The notes: a model not told the origin generated them from the letters alone. A stretch of 64,000 nt of DNA from an uncultured Bdellovibrionales bacterium (GCA_964609855.1 CAZSTB010000003.1:4305-68304); one strand, 5' to 3'; counted from the stretch's first letter, positions 1 through 10,573 are shown. Translations and numbers: made by a program.

Positions 1-114
1 TGATAGAAATATTCACAATTGTATTTTTGTTTTTTATAAATTCTGATTCCAAATCACGGATATGCTTACATAAAAACGTAATTTAAAATCCCAAGCCGAT
101 TCGAGTTTAAATCA

Positions 115-873
115 TTAGTTCTTTTTTTCGATTTTGTATTGCCCTGTTATCATTCGCCACTTTACTTGAAAGAGCTCCTTTAAGGTTTGAATATAACCCT
201 TTATTCCAACGGTACTTTGCCCTGAATCCGTCCAAACAATTGGAACTTCAATTATGGAATATCCCATTTTTTTAGCTAGTGCCAAAATTTCAAAATCACC
301 ACCCCAGCGAACTGCTTTCATTTGGGGAATTATTTTTTCCACCACCTCCTGAGACAAAACCTTAAAACCACATTGGGTATCTCTAATACCCCGCAAATCC
401 AGCGTGTACTGAATAAGAATGTTTCCCATATCGCCCAACATCTCCTTTATCTTAGGCTGATGTTTTTCAATTTTAGCCTCTTCAACATCACGCGATCCAA
501 TTATCACATCTTCCTTTTTTTCGATATGCTCCCAGAATTTATCGAGGCTATTAATTGCGGTTGCGCCGTCGGCATCAGTGAATAATCGGAATTTTCCATT
601 AGCCTTAAGTAAACCCTCCTGAACTGAAAACAATTTTCCCTTATTTTCTTTTCTGTCTATGATAGTCAAATTCTCAACAGAAGAACGCAAGCCCTCAACA
701 ACCTCAGTCGTATTATCCTTAGAACCGTCATTAACAACAATGACCTCATACGAGATATCTTTTCCTTTGAAATATTCCCCGATTTCCTGCATATTCTCCC
801 TGATCCCCCTGCCTGTTCGGCTAGCCTCGTTATAAGCAGGCATTATTATTGACAATAAAATTTGATCACTCAT
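115..873 (-). CDS. Glycosyltransferase family 2, dolichyl/polyprenyl-phosphate glycosyltransferase-like
   Basis: LSIIMPAYNE, VVNDGSKDNT, FTDADG (DxD) and DTQCGFK motifs typical of DPM1/ALG5-like GT2. Confidence 0.9.
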   Translation of the reverse strand: MSDQILLSIIMPAYNEASRTGRGIRENMQEIGEYFKGKDISYEVIVVNDGSKDNTTEVVEGLRSSVENLTIIDRKENKGKLFSVQEGLLKANGKFRLFTDADGATAINSLDKFWEHIEKKEDVIIGSRDVEEAKIEKHQPKIKEMLGDMGNILIQYTLDLRGIRDTQCGFKVLSQEVVEKIIPQMKAVRWGGDFEILALAKKMGYSIIEVPIVWTDSGQSTVGIKGYIQTLKELFQVKWRMITGQYKIEKKN

Positions 874-970
874 CAGCTTAGTATAAATTAATTAAAAAAA
901 TTTAGCAGTTTTATCTTGAATTAATTATACTATATAGTCTCAATTGTTTCAACATCCCAAAAGCCACTTA

Positions 971-1717
971 TCAGATGTATTTCCTCGCAAGAACATTGTA
1001 AGTACTGTCCACTTCACGAATATAGTCTTCATTGATTTTTTCAATATATTCATGCCAGCAAAGATGCTCCCACAAGTGCAAGCTGTAAACTCCGTCCAGA
1101 TCATTATCAACATTCACGAAAATATTTTTCAAACCTTCTTCGCTCCAAATATGCTTATAGAAAGATTTTTGCGGTTCAATTTTAATGGCATCGGGGAATT
1201 CCTTGGATAATCTTAGCGGATAAAGAATACTGTGATTATTCCAGGAGCCATCGAATTCTTTAACAATATTTTTCTCCCAAATAGTTCCGAAAAGTGATTG
1301 CGCTTCAGCCATAATGATGGCATTTCCTAGCCCAGCAAAAGGATCAGAAAGATCTTCCAATCCCATCACAAAAGGTTTTTCTCGCATAGCTTGCGGAATT
1401 TTTTCCACAAAAATAGTGTCTATATCAGCATAAATACCGCCTTGGCAATTTAACATTTCCAATCTGATAAAATCCGACTGATGCGCATACCCCAACTTTT
1501 TGCCGTTAATAACTTTTTGGGGACTTACTTTTACAAGGCAAAGATGCTCGCGTATTTTTTCCCAATATTTTCCATACGGCTCCTGCTCATAATAGAAATA
1601 TATCTTATCCGGCTTATTAACTTCCATACATGACCTTAGACAAATGTAGTGCACCAGATGTAATTTTTGAGGGGTCGGCTTAAACCCGAAGATAAAATGG
1701 AAAGTATTTGGAATCAT
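971..1717 (-). CDS. Glycosyltransferase with DXD sugar-binding region (GT32/OCH1-like)
   Basis: MIPNTFHFIF start, HQSDFIRLEML..GGIYADID motif, YSLHLW; start moved to ATG at 1717. Confidence 0.85.
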   Translation of the reverse strand: MIPNTFHFIFGFKPTPQKLHLVHYICLRSCMEVNKPDKIYFYYEQEPYGKYWEKIREHLCLVKVSPQKVINGKKLGYAHQSDFIRLEMLNCQGGIYADIDTIFVEKIPQAMREKPFVMGLEDLSDPFAGLGNAIIMAEAQSLFGTIWEKNIVKEFDGSWNNHSILYPLRLSKEFPDAIKIEPQKSFYKHIWSEEGLKNIFVNVDNDLDGVYSLHLWEHLCWHEYIEKINEDYIREVDSTYNVLARKYI

Positions 1718-1747
1718 ACTTATGAACAAAATAATATTTAATACGAA

Positions 1748-2749
1748 TCATATCTTCGTAGTCTCCGCAATCGACCAATTCGGAACACTGTTTTCTTTAA
1801 GAAATCTCTCTGCAGCTTTTCTATTCTTCTCGTGTAAAAACATATATATGCAAAATAACATTCTTTTTAAAAGCGAATTAATTTTCGTATTTGTTCGGGA
1901 TTCTTTATTGAAGGCATACTTCCAGGAAAAATACTGCTGCAAAAAAATCCTTTCGGATCCAAAATAATTGAAAGCGCGCTCAATTCCCGCATGAATCCTG
2001 ATCTGTTGTTTTTTCCATTCCTGAAATGAAAGTGGAACTTTTATATACGAAATGGAATTAGGTGGTTTTATGATGGCCGGCGTTCCATTATTCAAATACT
2101 CAGCTTTCCCATTAACTACATAATAATTACTTAAAAAAGCATCATCCGTTATTCCGATTTCGTCGTCCGGCAACGTCGGCAGATATTTTAAATATGTCCC
2201 GAAACTTGGACCCTCGCAAAACTTCGGCCGTTCAGCTTCCAGTAAATATGGCTGCACGATTATACTATGAAAAATCCATTTCCTGATCGCCTCTAAAGAT
2301 GGATACCGTTGCCAGAAAAATCCCAACGGATATTTGATTGCAATAAAAGCGGATCCCACCAATACCGGTAAACCCACTTCTTGCTCATGCCTCATCAATT
2401 CTCCCAGATTAACAAGTAAAGATTTTTCACTGAGATACACGTCATCATCAAAAAAATGAACGATTTCTATATCGTCCATTTTTCTCGCAAGTTCAATAAT
2501 CTTGTTCATTGCGTTATTTTTTCCAGCTTTTTCCCCTGAAATAACATGCCCATCCAAATTCGCATGAGCAGCAAAAAATTTGTTTACTTCGCTTCGCGTT
2601 TCAAGATTTTCGTCATTTCCATTTATACAAACAGCGAGACTAGCGTTAAATTCGCCAGGAAGCAGCATAATCTCCGCATAGATTCTTTCTAAAGAAGCAC
2701 GGATATAGTTTGAACTTCTTATTGTTGAAATTCCAATCAGTATGTGCAT
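1748..2749 (-). CDS. Putative GT-A fold (GT2-like) glycosyltransferase
   Basis: GKNNAMN, FFDDDV (DxD), TDDAFL and QQIRI (QxxRW-like) motifs; lies in a GT cluster. Confidence 0.65.
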   Translation of the reverse strand: MHILIGISTIRSSNYIRASLERIYAEIMLLPGEFNASLAVCINGNDENLETRSEVNKFFAAHANLDGHVISGEKAGKNNAMNKIIELARKMDDIEIVHFFDDDVYLSEKSLLVNLGELMRHEQEVGLPVLVGSAFIAIKYPLGFFWQRYPSLEAIRKWIFHSIIVQPYLLEAERPKFCEGPSFGTYLKYLPTLPDDEIGITDDAFLSNYYVVNGKAEYLNNGTPAIIKPPNSISYIKVPLSFQEWKKQQIRIHAGIERAFNYFGSERIFLQQYFSWKYAFNKESRTNTKINSLLKRMLFCIYMFLHEKNRKAAERFLKENSVPNWSIAETTKI

Positions 2750-2792
2750 ATTTCAAAAAAATCAATGCCGAACACTTCAAACATCCGACATC

Positions 2793-3536
2793 TTATTGAT
2801 TATATTTTCCAGTTATCAAGCGAATTTTTACCCGTAACAAATCAATGAAAGCTTGAAAAAATCCATTAGGACCAATTAGCGTAACAGTGGAATCATCCTC
2901 ATTGAGCCAGCGCACCGGCACTTGCTTAACTTTATAGCCGAATAAACCTGACAACGCGAGCAGCTCGAAATCAAATCCAAAACGTTCCACTACCATTTTT
3001 TCGGCTATTTTATGCGCAGCCTCATTGGTAAGCACTTTAAATCCGCATTGCGTATCTGGGAATCTCCAGAGTCCTAAAATAATTCTAATCAGCCAGTTTG
3101 CTATTTCGCCCATAAACTGACGGTACCTAGATTGTCTGATTTGAATGAAAGCGCCCTCGATTTTACGCGAACCCACAACCACGTCGTAGCCGTTTTCAAA
3201 TTCTGGCAGAAACTTTTCCAGATGCGTAATTGAAGTTGAACCGTCAGCATCTAAAAATAGAACATACTTTCCTTTAGCCTCAAGGAATCCCTGACGAACA
3301 ACATAACCTTTTCCGCGATTTTCAGGATTTTCAATCACTCGCATATTCTTCAATTGACTCATGTAATTTCTGGCAATTTCAGCCGTGTTGTCTGGTGAAC
3401 CATCCGTAATCAGAATGATTTCATATGAGTAATCCTTGCCGCTTAAGAATTTCTTAATGTCCAACAAATTGTTCCCAATGAATTCATGCTCCCTATATGT
3501 TGGTATTATTATCGAAAGATATAATGCTTTTTCCAT
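2793..3536 (-). CDS. Glycosyltransferase family 2, dolichyl/polyprenyl-phosphate glycosyltransferase-like (paralog of 115..873)
   Basis: LSIIIPTY, TDGSPDNT, NRGKG, FLDADG, DTQCGFK; start placed at ATG 3536. Confidence 0.9.
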   Translation of the reverse strand: MEKALYLSIIIPTYREHEFIGNNLLDIKKFLSGKDYSYEIILITDGSPDNTAEIARNYMSQLKNMRVIENPENRGKGYVVRQGFLEAKGKYVLFLDADGSTSITHLEKFLPEFENGYDVVVGSRKIEGAFIQIRQSRYRQFMGEIANWLIRIILGLWRFPDTQCGFKVLTNEAAHKIAEKMVVERFGFDFELLALSGLFGYKVKQVPVRWLNEDDSTVTLIGPNGFFQAFIDLLRVKIRLITGKYNQ

Positions 3537-3623
3537 GATTTTAGACTTATAGTTTATCGATTGCTCCCCAATTAAGTATAGCATGCCTAAATAAAAACAA
3601 CATGAATAGTTCGGAAACTAGGC

Positions 3624-4043
3624 TTAACGATTACTTTGATTGTCTAACCATTCCTGTAAAATTATTCTGGCCGCTTCTTGGTCATCAGTTGCTGCGAGTT
3701 TCTTTTTCCCGTGCAATTTTATATTTCCCTGCGCAATTTTTGTCGAAAACATTTCTTCCTGAAAAGCAACTTTAATTTCAAAAGCGTCTTCAAGCAATTT
3801 AGCAAAAGCAAGTTTCTCCTCCGCGCTCTTTTCGTCTTTTTCATGACTAGTCATGCCCATCACGATCATTTGCACATTTTTATCTTTAATGATTTCAGCC
3901 AGATTATGCATTAAATTCTTGTCATTTGCTAGCACTGTCAGCGCAAAGGCCATTTTAGTCTCCTGGTCAGCCACTGCTAGACCGATTTTGGAGCTGCCAA
4001 AATCTACCCCTAAAATATGGCTTATTTGAGCGTTATTTTGCAT
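3624..4043 (-). CDS. ruvX: Holliday junction resolvase-like protein RuvX/YqgF
   Basis: ILGVDFGSSKIGLAVAD N-terminal motif, EEMFST, DDQEAARIILQEWLD C-terminal motif. Confidence 0.9.
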   Translation of the reverse strand: MQNNAQISHILGVDFGSSKIGLAVADQETKMAFALTVLANDKNLMHNLAEIIKDKNVQMIVMGMTSHEKDEKSAEEKLAFAKLLEDAFEIKVAFQEEMFSTKIAQGNIKLHGKKKLAATDDQEAARIILQEWLDNQSNR

Positions 4044-4048
4044 AGCTA

Positions 4049-4077
4049 TTGACATTGACATAATTATGTGCTATTAT
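4049..4077 (+). promoter_or_regulatory. Sigma70-type promoter for the 4123 ORF
   Basis: TTGACA(4049-4054)-17 bp-TATTAT(4072-4077) with a TG extension. Confidence 0.55.
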
Positions 4078-4122
4078 TAATTGAAGTAGTACAATCCACT
4101 AGTAGTGAAAGGGGTTATAAAT

Positions 4123-4503
4123 ATGAACCGTTTCATGGCTCTGGCTGTTGTAGCTGCTGTGCTCTGCTCGTTAACTATTGCTTGTATCTTCAAGTTCAGT
4201 ATTAGACTCAGCGATAAACGCACGAGTTGCAATACTGAAACATCACTGCTAAACCAGGATTCCGTTGCCGTGTTTCGAAATGTTCGGGGCACAGTAATCG
4301 ACAAGGACAACCTCCTGCTCACGGACCTCGGCCAACAAGATGACCGCGATCCGCAGGTCATTGTCGTAAGTAACCTTTCAGACTTTACTAAACAAGTCGA
4401 TAACCCACAGGGCATCGATCTGCACGCTAAGTTGGAAGGTAACGAGTGGCGCATCATTGAAGTCAAACAGGCCACTTACATTGCGATTGCGAAAAGCATT
4501 TAA
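4123..4503 (+). CDS. Hypothetical protein with N-terminal signal/membrane anchor
   Basis: Purine-rich GAAAGGGG upstream of ATG 4123, hydrophobic N-terminus, upstream promoter and downstream hairpin. Confidence 0.6.
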   Translation: MNRFMALAVVAAVLCSLTIACIFKFSIRLSDKRTSCNTETSLLNQDSVAVFRNVRGTVIDKDNLLLTDLGQQDDRDPQVIVVSNLSDFTKQVDNPQGIDLHAKLEGNEWRIIEVKQATYIAIAKSI

Positions 4504-4526
4504 ACGCGATTCGCGATCAACATCCA

Positions 4527-4580
4527 CCTCTGATACACGACTTAATCCTAACGGGTTGATAGTGTATCAGAGGTTTTTTT
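4527..4580. terminator. Intrinsic terminator between convergent genes
   Basis: CCTCTGATACAC...GTGTATCAGAGG stem followed by a T-run. Confidence 0.7.
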
Positions 4581-4725
4581 ATTTAAAAAAACCTTTTCTA
4601 TTGTCACTTATGATGCAACGAGGAATTCGCAACATCATAGCCCATGATATTTAATTAGGGATTCGTCGCTATACACTGAATGATTTTTACATCTCGTATT
4701 CATACAAAATACGCTATACAGAATA

Positions 4726-5490
4726 CTAAGCAGTCAAAACTTCCACTCCATCATTGGTAATCAAAATCGTATTTTCATAATGAGCTGAAAGCTTCCGGTC
4801 AGCAGTTAAAAAAACCCAGCCATCCCTGCCGATAACGGTTTCGTGCGTGCCGACATTCACCATCGGCTCCAGTGCTAGGGTCATACCAGATTTAAGCACT
4901 AGGTCGCGATAGCCGCGTTCAAAATAATTTGGAACTTGCGGATCTTCATGCAGATTTTTTCCAATACCATGCCCCACCAGATTTTTCACAACTGAAAAGC
5001 CCGCAGTAACTGCAACTTTTTCACAGGCTTTGGAATATTCACTGAGATTTTTTCCGTCCTTAAGTTGCTTCACCCCTTTCCAAAAAGATTGCTCTGTTGC
5101 TGCAATTAATTGCTTGGCTTGCTCGGAAATTTCTCCCACCGCAAAGGTACGAGCCATATCAGCGCAAAAACCCTCCATCTTTAAACCGATATCGATCTTC
5201 AAAATATCACCCTCTTTCAAAATTACCTCGCTGCTTGGAATACCATGTACCACTTCATCATTAAGAGAAGCGCAGATGGTCGCCGGAAAAGGATTATGCC
5301 TGTCACCATACCCTTTGAATGCTGGAACGCCGCCAGCAGCTAAAATTGAATCCTCAGCGAGCCTATCAATCTCTTGGGTGCTTACGCCAGGTTTAACAAC
5401 CTCAGCCAGCTTTCGCATAACCTCAGCCAACGCTTTTCCAGCCTTGCGCATAATGGCAACCTCTTGTTCAGTTTTCAGATGAATAGACAT
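4726..5490 (-). CDS. map: Methionine aminopeptidase type I
   Basis: NDEVVHGIP, DIG..DMART, GHGIG..LHEDP, EPMV, SAHYENT metal-binding motifs; follows adk. Confidence 0.97.
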   Translation of the reverse strand: MSIHLKTEQEVAIMRKAGKALAEVMRKLAEVVKPGVSTQEIDRLAEDSILAAGGVPAFKGYGDRHNPFPATICASLNDEVVHGIPSSEVILKEGDILKIDIGLKMEGFCADMARTFAVGEISEQAKQLIAATEQSFWKGVKQLKDGKNLSEYSKACEKVAVTAGFSVVKNLVGHGIGKNLHEDPQVPNYFERGYRDLVLKSGMTLALEPMVNVGTHETVIGRDGWVFLTADRKLSAHYENTILITNDGVEVLTA

Positions 5491-5639
5491 GATATTCAAA
5501 AATCCTAAATCCAAATTTCAAATTTCAAATAAATGACCGAAGTTCAAATGTCTAAAATTTAAGATTTTTGATTTGAGATTTTATTTGTCATTTAGATTTT
5601 AGATTTTTACATTACGACAAATAATAGGATTGCAAATTT

Positions 5640-6287
5640 CTAGTTTTCTCTGAACTTTTCATTTATTTCATTAAAAACGTCTGCAACGGGTTGGTTTCCA
5701 TCCACTTCAATCAGCATTCCTTGCTCGCGATAATATGCTACAACGGGAACTGTAATTGCATAAAAATCTTTGAGACGTTTTGCAACGCCGTCGGGTGTAT
5801 CATCTCCGCGCTGCATAATCGGGCCACCGCAAGTAGGACAAGGGTCGTCGATATTTTTAATATGCTTATCAAGCACGAAATGGCGATAGCAAACAGTGCA
5901 AGCATAGCGTTTCGTAATTCGCGCAATGGATTCCTCGTACGGCAAAGTTATATATATAGCCTTATCTATATTTCTCCCAAGACTCTCCATCAACTTTGTG
6001 GTTGGTTGAATTTGTCCGAGTGTTCGCGGAGCACTATCCAAAATGACACCCATCTCAGCCGGAACTTTCTCCAAATAATTTCTTAAGACTTCAACTGTAA
6101 TCTCATCTGGAATAAGCTCTTTGCGGTCATTCAAATCTTTGATTTTTCTTCCAAGCTCGGAATCCTCGCGACCGATTTCTCGAAAAATTTGACCTGTTTC
6201 AAGATGATAAAGTTTAAATTTCTCGCATAACTTATCGGCCTGTGTTCCCTTGCCGCTTCCCTGTGGACCAAATATTAATAGGTTCAT
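5640..6287 (-). CDS. adk: Adenylate kinase with zinc-binding LID
   Basis: GPQGSGKGTQA P-loop, CxxC...CxxC LID, QRGDD; lies between secY and map. Confidence 0.95.
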   Translation of the reverse strand: MNLLIFGPQGSGKGTQADKLCEKFKLYHLETGQIFREIGREDSELGRKIKDLNDRKELIPDEITVEVLRNYLEKVPAEMGVILDSAPRTLGQIQPTTKLMESLGRNIDKAIYITLPYEESIARITKRYACTVCYRHFVLDKHIKNIDDPCPTCGGPIMQRGDDTPDGVAKRLKDFYAITVPVVAYYREQGMLIEVDGNQPVADVFNEINEKFREN

Positions 6288-6413
6288 CAATTAATTTGAA
6301 ATTTGAAATTTGAAATTTGAAATCAATCCAAAACGATTAAATTAAAAATTTATCAAATAAAAAATTAAATAAAAATTAAAAATTTTAAAATAAAAATTCT
6401 CGCGCAGCGAGGT

Positions 6414-7685
6414 TTAGAATCCCTCGTAATCGCGCATCACTAACTGACTTTCAATCTGCTTGATTGTTTCGATTACCACCGAAACAACGATAAGAATACT
6501 AGTTCCACCGATTTGTAAGGATTGAACATTAGTAATACCTTGGATTATATATGGAAGAACTGCGATACTTCCTAAGAAAAGTGCGCCCGTCAGAGTGATA
6601 CGATTCATGATGTTATACAGATAATCAGCGGTTGTATTTCCAGGTCTAATTCCTGGAATGTATCCTCCTTGTTTTTGCAGATTTTCAGAAATCTTAACTG
6701 GGTCAAAAACAACGGCAGTGTAAAAATAAGTGAAAGCCACAATCAACACGAAATAAGCACTGGAATAAAAGACTTGATTTTGAAACAAAGCATTTACCCA
6801 AGTTGCAGCACTGGCAATCCATGGAGTGCTCGCTCCCATTAAGAAAGTCGCGATCATTCCTGGGAAAAGCATAATAGACATCGCAAAGATAATCGGGATT
6901 ACCCCGGCTTGATTCACGCGCAATGGCAAATGTGAAGAAACTCCCCCATAAGTCTTATCGCCGCGGATACGTTTTGCATATGAAACAGGAATATTTCTTT
7001 GGCCCTCGGTGACAAGTACAACTCCCGCAATTGTTATGAAAGTAACGATCAAAAGTGCGAAGTAAGTGAAGAACTGAGTCGAGTCGAAAGTAAGGAAAAT
7101 TTTAGAGATAGATGAAGGCAAACCGCTGACAATACCTGCAAAGATAATCAGGGAAACTCCATTACCAATTCCTTTTTCAGTAATGAGTTCACCCAACCAC
7201 ATCAAAAATATTGTTCCAGCCGTTGCGATAATCACCAACACCGTCATGTCAAAAGCTGAAACAACTGGCAGCACGCCTTGAGAACGAAGCAATGTCACCA
7301 TTGAAAAAGTTTGAAGCGCAGCCAATGGCACAGTTAGCCACCTGGTCCACATATTGAATTTCTGACGCCCAGCCTCACCTTCTTCCTTATAGATCTGTTC
7401 AACACGTGGAACAATCATAGTTAAAAGCTGCATAATAATTGATGCAGTAATGTAAGGCCCAACGCCTAACATGACTATGGAAATGTTTGTGAGTCCTCCT
7501 CCAGAAAACACATTAAGCATGCCCAAAAATTGGTTACCCTCAAAAAGTCTTCTAAGTTGTTCCATATCCACTCCAGGAAGAGGGATGTTTGCAGCAACCC
7601 GAAAAACAATAAGAATCCCCAAAATAAAGAGGATCTTATTGCGAAGTTCAGGCAATTTGAATATTTGTGTGATTTTTTCTAACAT
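6414..7685 (-). CDS. secY: Preprotein translocase subunit SecY
   Basis: LGVGPYITASIIMQLL, GIGNGVSLIIFAGI, QAGVIPIIFA, IPGIRPG, GGTSILIVV. Confidence 0.98.
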   Translation of the reverse strand: MLEKITQIFKLPELRNKILFILGILIVFRVAANIPLPGVDMEQLRRLFEGNQFLGMLNVFSGGGLTNISIVMLGVGPYITASIIMQLLTMIVPRVEQIYKEEGEAGRQKFNMWTRWLTVPLAALQTFSMVTLLRSQGVLPVVSAFDMTVLVIIATAGTIFLMWLGELITEKGIGNGVSLIIFAGIVSGLPSSISKIFLTFDSTQFFTYFALLIVTFITIAGVVLVTEGQRNIPVSYAKRIRGDKTYGGVSSHLPLRVNQAGVIPIIFAMSIMLFPGMIATFLMGASTPWIASAATWVNALFQNQVFYSSAYFVLIVAFTYFYTAVVFDPVKISENLQKQGGYIPGIRPGNTTADYLYNIMNRITLTGALFLGSIAVLPYIIQGITNVQSLQIGGTSILIVVSVVIETIKQIESQLVMRDYEGF

Positions 7686-7793
7686 GATTTTTAGCTTATT
7701 AGGCATTAGCTTATTAACTTTTTAGCTTCATTACTAATAGCGTTAATAGCTCTGATATTTACCTAAAAAGCTAAAAAGCTAAAAGCCCGAAAG

Positions 7794-8231
7794 CTATTCC
7801 AAGATAGTACCACCTGCTTTGGTGATAGCAGCTTTTGCAGTTTCTGAAAGAAGAATTTCTGCTGAAATTGTAAGTTTTTTGGTAAGCTCTCCGTTTGTCA
7901 AAATTTTCACGCCGTCTTTTGAACGAGATTTATCAACAAGCTTAGTTGCGATCAAAGCTTCCAAAGAAACAACATCGCCATCCTTGAAGAATTTTTCCAA
8001 ATTTTCCAATTTAACAACAGTTTTTTTAGCGTTAAGTGATTTGAAACCACGAACTTTCTTCAAACGTTCCACGAGTGAAGATCGTCCACCCTCAAACAAT
8101 GGATCAATAGATGCTCCAGAGCGAGCTTTCTGACCCTTGTTTCCACGTCCAGAATAAGTTCCGCGTTTTCCACCGCGACCAACTGTCTTCTTGTCTTTAC
8201 GTTTTTTAACCGTAAGCTGATGAATTTGCAT
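7794..8231 (-). CDS. rplO: 50S ribosomal protein L15
   Basis: GRGGKRGTYSGRGNKGQKARSG, FEGG; spc operon position. Confidence 0.97.
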   Translation of the reverse strand: MQIHQLTVKKRKDKKTVGRGGKRGTYSGRGNKGQKARSGASIDPLFEGGRSSLVERLKKVRGFKSLNAKKTVVKLENLEKFFKDGDVVSLEALIATKLVDKSRSKDGVKILTNGELTKKLTISAEILLSETAKAAITKAGGTILE

Positions 8232-8253
8232 ATATTTATCGTAAGTCTTAGAC

Positions 8254-8778
8254 TTATTTTACTTCTTTAATTTCTTCTTTAACTTCAGCATCCTGGAAAG
8301 CTTTGATACGTGGCGCTTTCAATGCTCTAAGAGCTTCGATTGTAGCACGAGCAACGTTTAGCTTGTTTGATGTACCCAAAGATTTTGAAACAATGTCGCG
8401 AATTCCAGCCAAATCAACCACTGCGCGTACAGCTCCTCCAGCAATAACTCCACGTCCTTGTGAAGCTGGCTTTAGCAAGATCTTTGCGCTACCCAATTTC
8501 ATGTCAATATCATGAGGAATAGTATTCCCAGACAATTTAACTGTAATCATGTTTTTCTTGGCATCATTGTAAGCCTTGCCAATAGCGTCAGAAACATCAG
8601 ATCCTTTTGCAACACCAACACCAACTTTACCCTTCCTATCTCCAATAACCAATGTTGCGCGAAAGCGGAATCTACGTCCTCCCTTTACCACACGAGTAAC
8701 GCGAGCCAAATCCAAAAGTTTTTGTTCAAACTCCGGTTTTTCTCTACGTACGTTTTTTTTGCCTGATCTCTTATTCAT
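8254..8778 (-). CDS. rpsE: 30S ribosomal protein S5
   Basis: RVTRVVKGGRRFRF, GVIAGGAVRAV. Confidence 0.98.
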   Translation of the reverse strand: MNKRSGKKNVRREKPEFEQKLLDLARVTRVVKGGRRFRFRATLVIGDRKGKVGVGVAKGSDVSDAIGKAYNDAKKNMITVKLSGNTIPHDIDMKLGSAKILLKPASQGRGVIAGGAVRAVVDLAGIRDIVSKSLGTSNKLNVARATIEALRALKAPRIKAFQDAEVKEEIKEVK

Positions 8779-8808
8779 AAGATAATATTGTATTTATAAT
8801 TCAAAACA

Positions 8809-9159
8809 TTAAAACAAAAGTCCACCCTCTCTTGCGCCATCAGCCAAGGCTTTAACCTTTCCATGATAACGATATCCAGCGCGATCATAAGTCACAGATC
8901 CGATTTGCAAAGCAACACACTTTTTTGCAATCAGTTTTCCAACTTCTTTAGCGCCTTCGATGGTGTTAGCCATTTTCTTAATCTCGCTAAGCTTTACGCT
9001 TGCAAGTGTCTTTCCAGCGTTATCATCGATAACTTGCACATAAATGCTTTTCAAGCTCTTATATACAGCCAAACGAGGACGTTCCGCGCTTCCGGAAATC
9101 TTTGCGCGAACTCTGCGCTTTCGCTGAATTCTTCCACTATTGTTACTTGTTTTTTTCAT
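8809..9159 (-). CDS. rplR: 50S ribosomal protein L18
   Basis: RPRLAVYKS, YDRAGYRYHGKVKALADGAREGGL. Confidence 0.98.
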   Translation of the reverse strand: MKKTSNNSGRIQRKRRVRAKISGSAERPRLAVYKSLKSIYVQVIDDNAGKTLASVKLSEIKKMANTIEGAKEVGKLIAKKCVALQIGSVTYDRAGYRYHGKVKALADGAREGGLLF

Positions 9160-9239
9160 ATAATAACTTGCGAATTACAACTTACAACTGACTAACACTC
9201 AATTTTATTTGTGGTTAGTAGTTAGCAGTTAGTTCTTAT

Positions 9240-9776
9240 TTACTTGGATGATTTCTTACCCTCCTTACGGCGAACATGTTCACCAACGTATTTAAATCCT
9301 TTTCCTTTATAGGGTTCAACTGGTTTCAATGCGCGTATATTTGCAGAAAACTGTCCCACTTTGTGTTTATCAATTCCAGCTACTGTCATTGTATTTCCTT
9401 CAATTGTAACTTCTAGATCCTGAGGAACTTCAACTACAACCGGATGTGAGAATCCCAATGCAAGAGTAATTGTCTTACCTGCAATTGCCATACGAAAACC
9501 AACTCCGTTAAGCTCAAGTTGTTTCTTAAAACCATTCACTGTTCCTTCAATCATGTTTTCAATCACGCGAGCAGTCGTTCCCCAAATAGCAGGAGCGGTT
9601 TTGCTTTTGCTGATTTTTTCTACAGTAAATTCATTTTCACCGAAATTAAGAGAAACATCTACATGATGTGCGAAAGTTAACGTTCCCTTAGGTCCCTTAA
9701 CGGTAACGATATTCTTATCGACTGTTACGTCCACTCCCTGAGGGATAGCTACTGGTTTTTTTCCAATTCTACTCAT
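9240..9776 (-). CDS. rplF: 50S ribosomal protein L6
   Basis: MSRIGKKPV, LGFSHPV, PVEPYKGKG. Confidence 0.98.
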   Translation of the reverse strand: MSRIGKKPVAIPQGVDVTVDKNIVTVKGPKGTLTFAHHVDVSLNFGENEFTVEKISKSKTAPAIWGTTARVIENMIEGTVNGFKKQLELNGVGFRMAIAGKTITLALGFSHPVVVEVPQDLEVTIEGNTMTVAGIDKHKVGQFSANIRALKPVEPYKGKGFKYVGEHVRRKEGKKSSK

Positions 9777-9858
9777 ATTTCATTTAAGCATTTAAACATT
9801 TAAACATTTAAACATTTCTGTTTGTAAGTTTGTATGTTTACATGATCTTTTTGATTTA

Positions 9859-10263
9859 TTACCAAACTTCACAAATTACTTCTCCTCCAAGACCAGCCTT
9901 TTGAGCTTTGTCTCCAGTCATCATCCCCTTGGATGTAGATACGATTGAAATTCCGTAACCATTTTTCACGCGCTTGATGTCAGTCTTTTTGACGTAAATT
10001 CTCTGTCCCTGACGACTTACACGCTTGATTTCTCTGATTGCAGGATTCTTTTCAGTATTTGAAACTACTTCGTATTTTAAAACAATTTTAAGCACAGGAA
10101 AAGCCCCATCCATTTCTTTGCGAACTGACTCGATAAAATTTCGCTGTTCTAAAATTTTAGCAATAGACAGTTTCAACTTCGAAAAAGGTACTGACACTTC
10201 CTTGTGTTTTACCATCTGCGCATTTCGAATTCTTGTAAGCATGTCTGCTATTGGATCTAACAT
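9859..10263 (-). CDS. rpsH: 30S ribosomal protein S8
   Basis: DPIADMLTRIRNA, STSKG, GGEVICEVW. Confidence 0.98.
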   Translation of the reverse strand: MLDPIADMLTRIRNAQMVKHKEVSVPFSKLKLSIAKILEQRNFIESVRKEMDGAFPVLKIVLKYEVVSNTEKNPAIREIKRVSRQGQRIYVKKTDIKRVKNGYGISIVSTSKGMMTGDKAQKAGLGGEVICEVW

Positions 10264-10314
10264 ATTCTAATTCTTTATCCTAATTATATTATATAAAATT
10301 CAAACCCCTATTCC

Positions 10315-10500
10315 TTACCAACTGCTCTTTGTTACTCCTGGCAATTCGCCTTTACTTGCTAATTCTCTAAAGCAAATTCTGCAAATATCGTAGGCGCGAA
10401 GGTATCCATGCTTACGTCCACATCGCCAACAACGACGAACGATACGGGTGGAAAATTTAGGTTTTTTTTCAGCTCGGGCTTCGGTAGATGTTTTTGCCAT
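10315..10500 (-). CDS. rpsN: 30S ribosomal protein S14, zinc-binding type Z
   Basis: 61 aa, CxxC...[14 protein letters not shown]. Confidence 0.97.
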   Translation of the reverse strand: MAKTSTEARAEKKPKFSTRIVRRCWRCGRKHGYLRAYDICRICFRELASKGELPGVTKSSW

Positions 10501-10573
10501 AATATTAACTCATTACTTACAACTTATAACTTATAAACAGTTGTTAGTTAAGTTATTAGTTACTTGTTATTTT

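Noticed and set aside
8232-8253. rpmD (L30) missing between rpsE and rplO
   Set aside because: Real, but a known general trait of CPR bacteria. Used only as taxonomic evidence.
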